Shown in pieces: positions 45,493-46,388 of a DNA stretch of 46,388 nucleotides (its first letter is position 1; every line of letters starts with the position of its first letter). This DNA comes from Candidatus Angelobacter sp. (lineage in GTDB: Bacteria; Verrucomicrobiota; Verrucomicrobiia; Limisphaerales; AV2): positions 1 through 46,388 of the forward strand of contig DATNDF010000505.1 in NCBI GenBank assembly GCA_035607015.1. Reading direction: 5' to 3'. The notes under the pieces were generated by a model. It did no database searches, was not told where the DNA came from, and worked only from the letters and a program-made list of their open reading frames with translations. Both the position numbers and the translations under genes were made by a program.

Positions 45493-46388
45493 ATGTATCT
45501 GAAAAACCTGACCATGCTCGGCTTCAAGTCGTTTGCCGACAAGACGTCATTGAATTTTCAGCCTGGTATTACCGCCATCGTCGGCCCCAATGGGTGTGGC
45601 AAATCGAACGTTGCTGACGCGATCCGCTGGGTGCTTGGCGAACAATCTGCCAAAGCGCTTCGCGGTGGCGAAATGGCGGATGTGATATTCAATGGCACTG
45701 ACGGCCGCAAGCCGCTGGGGATGGCGGAGGTGTCGTTGACGATTGGCGACGTGGACACGGAGCATTTGCTGGCTGCAGGCGTGGAACTGGCCTTCAACGA
45801 AGTGACGATCACGCGCCGCGTCTTTCGCGACGGGGGAAGCGAGTATTTTATCAACCGCACGCCGTGCCGCCTGAAAGACATTCAACAGCTGTTCATGGGG
45901 ACAGGTGTTGGGCGGACGAGCTACAGCATCATGGCACAGGGAAACATTACGCAAATCCTCTCCAGCAAACCCGAAGACCGGCGAATGGTATTCGAGGAGG
46001 CCGCAGGCATTACGAAATTCAAGGCGCAGAAGCGCGAGGCACTGCGCAAGCTCGAATATACCGAGCAGAATTTATTGCGTGTCGGGGATCTGATTCGAGA
46101 AGTAAAACGACAAATCGGTTCACTCCAGCGTCAGGCAGGCAAAGCGCGCCGCTACAAGCAGTTGATGGTCGAGTTGCAGCATCTTGATACCCAACTCGCG
46201 CGGCACCAGTTTGACGTGCTGCAAGCGGAAATTGGCGAGCGGCGGAGTGCGGTCGAAAAGCTTCGGGCCGAAATCGAGGAATGTTCGGAAAACGTGCTCC
46301 GTGATGAAAATGAGATCTCAAAAATCCGCGAACACCTGGCGGAGTCCGAGCAGGAGATCAGCGAATCAAAACGGTTGGGGTTGGAGTT
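45493..46388 (+). CDS. smc: chromosome segregation protein SMC, N-terminal part (continues past the right edge)
   Basis: Not in the ORF track because there is no stop in the window. MYLKNLTMLGFKSFADKTSLNFQPGITAIVGPNGCGKSNVADAIRWVLGEQSAKALRG... is the Walker A head, followed by coiled-coil sequence. Confidence 0.93.
   Translation, partial: MYLKNLTMLGFKSFADKTSLNFQPGITAIVGPNGCGKSNVADAIRWVLGEQSAKALRGGEMADVIFNGTDGRKPLGMAEVSLTIGDVDTEHLLAAGVELAFNEVTITRRVFRDGGSEYFINRTPCRLKDIQQLFMGTGVGRTSYSIMAQGNITQILSSKPEDRRMVFEEAAGITKFKAQKREALRKLEYTEQNLLRVGDLIREVKRQIGSLQRQAGKARRYKQLMVELQHLDTQLARHQFDVLQAEIGERRSAVEKLRAEIEECSENVLRDENEISKIREHLAESEQEISESKRLGLE

Overview
High-GC (~60%) chromosomal window that looks like a PVC-group bacterium, probably Verrucomicrobiota. 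The taxon call rests on three prepilin-type 'H-X9-DG' pseudopilin paralogs and a large FG-GAP exoprotein ending in ...RFYRLIPN. Most of the window is housekeeping: folB, proS, tgt-yajC-secDF, a terC-family gene, recJ, ispD, ctp, tsaD, aspartate aminotransferase, cysK, rho, an EF-G paralog and the 5' part of smc. The standout is a compact prokaryotic ubiquitin-like modifier/20S proteasome locus at 30.5-38.1 kb. Its order is WYL regulator, Mpa/ARC-like AAA ATPase, Dop-like enzyme, a 57-aa modifier gene, PrcB, PrcA, PafA-like ligase. The modifier gene is missing from the supplied ORF track because it is under 60 aa. It ends ...YRQRTGQ, which is UBact-like rather than Pup-GGQ, and it overlaps prcB by ATGA. 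This system family is already described (Pup in Actinobacteria, UBact in some Gram-negative phyla), so it is notable rather than unprecedented. Other points worth a second look:
- a ~1.3 kb stretch upstream of cysK with no long ORF, containing a 32-aa very basic ORF with its own terminator and a hairpin-dense, terminator-capped candidate RNA;
- an AT-rich orphan membrane gene wedged between recJ and ispD;
- a B12-radical-SAM/DUF4080 gene split by one in-frame TGA;
- a 25-nt motif shared by the promoters of two tandem pseudopilin genes;
- a HAD-NUDIX fusion directly upstream of folB;
- a Rho that lacks its N-terminal helix bundle.
I recognised no rRNA, tRNA, CRISPR array, IS or prophage. Many long antisense ORFs in the track are GC-driven shadows.
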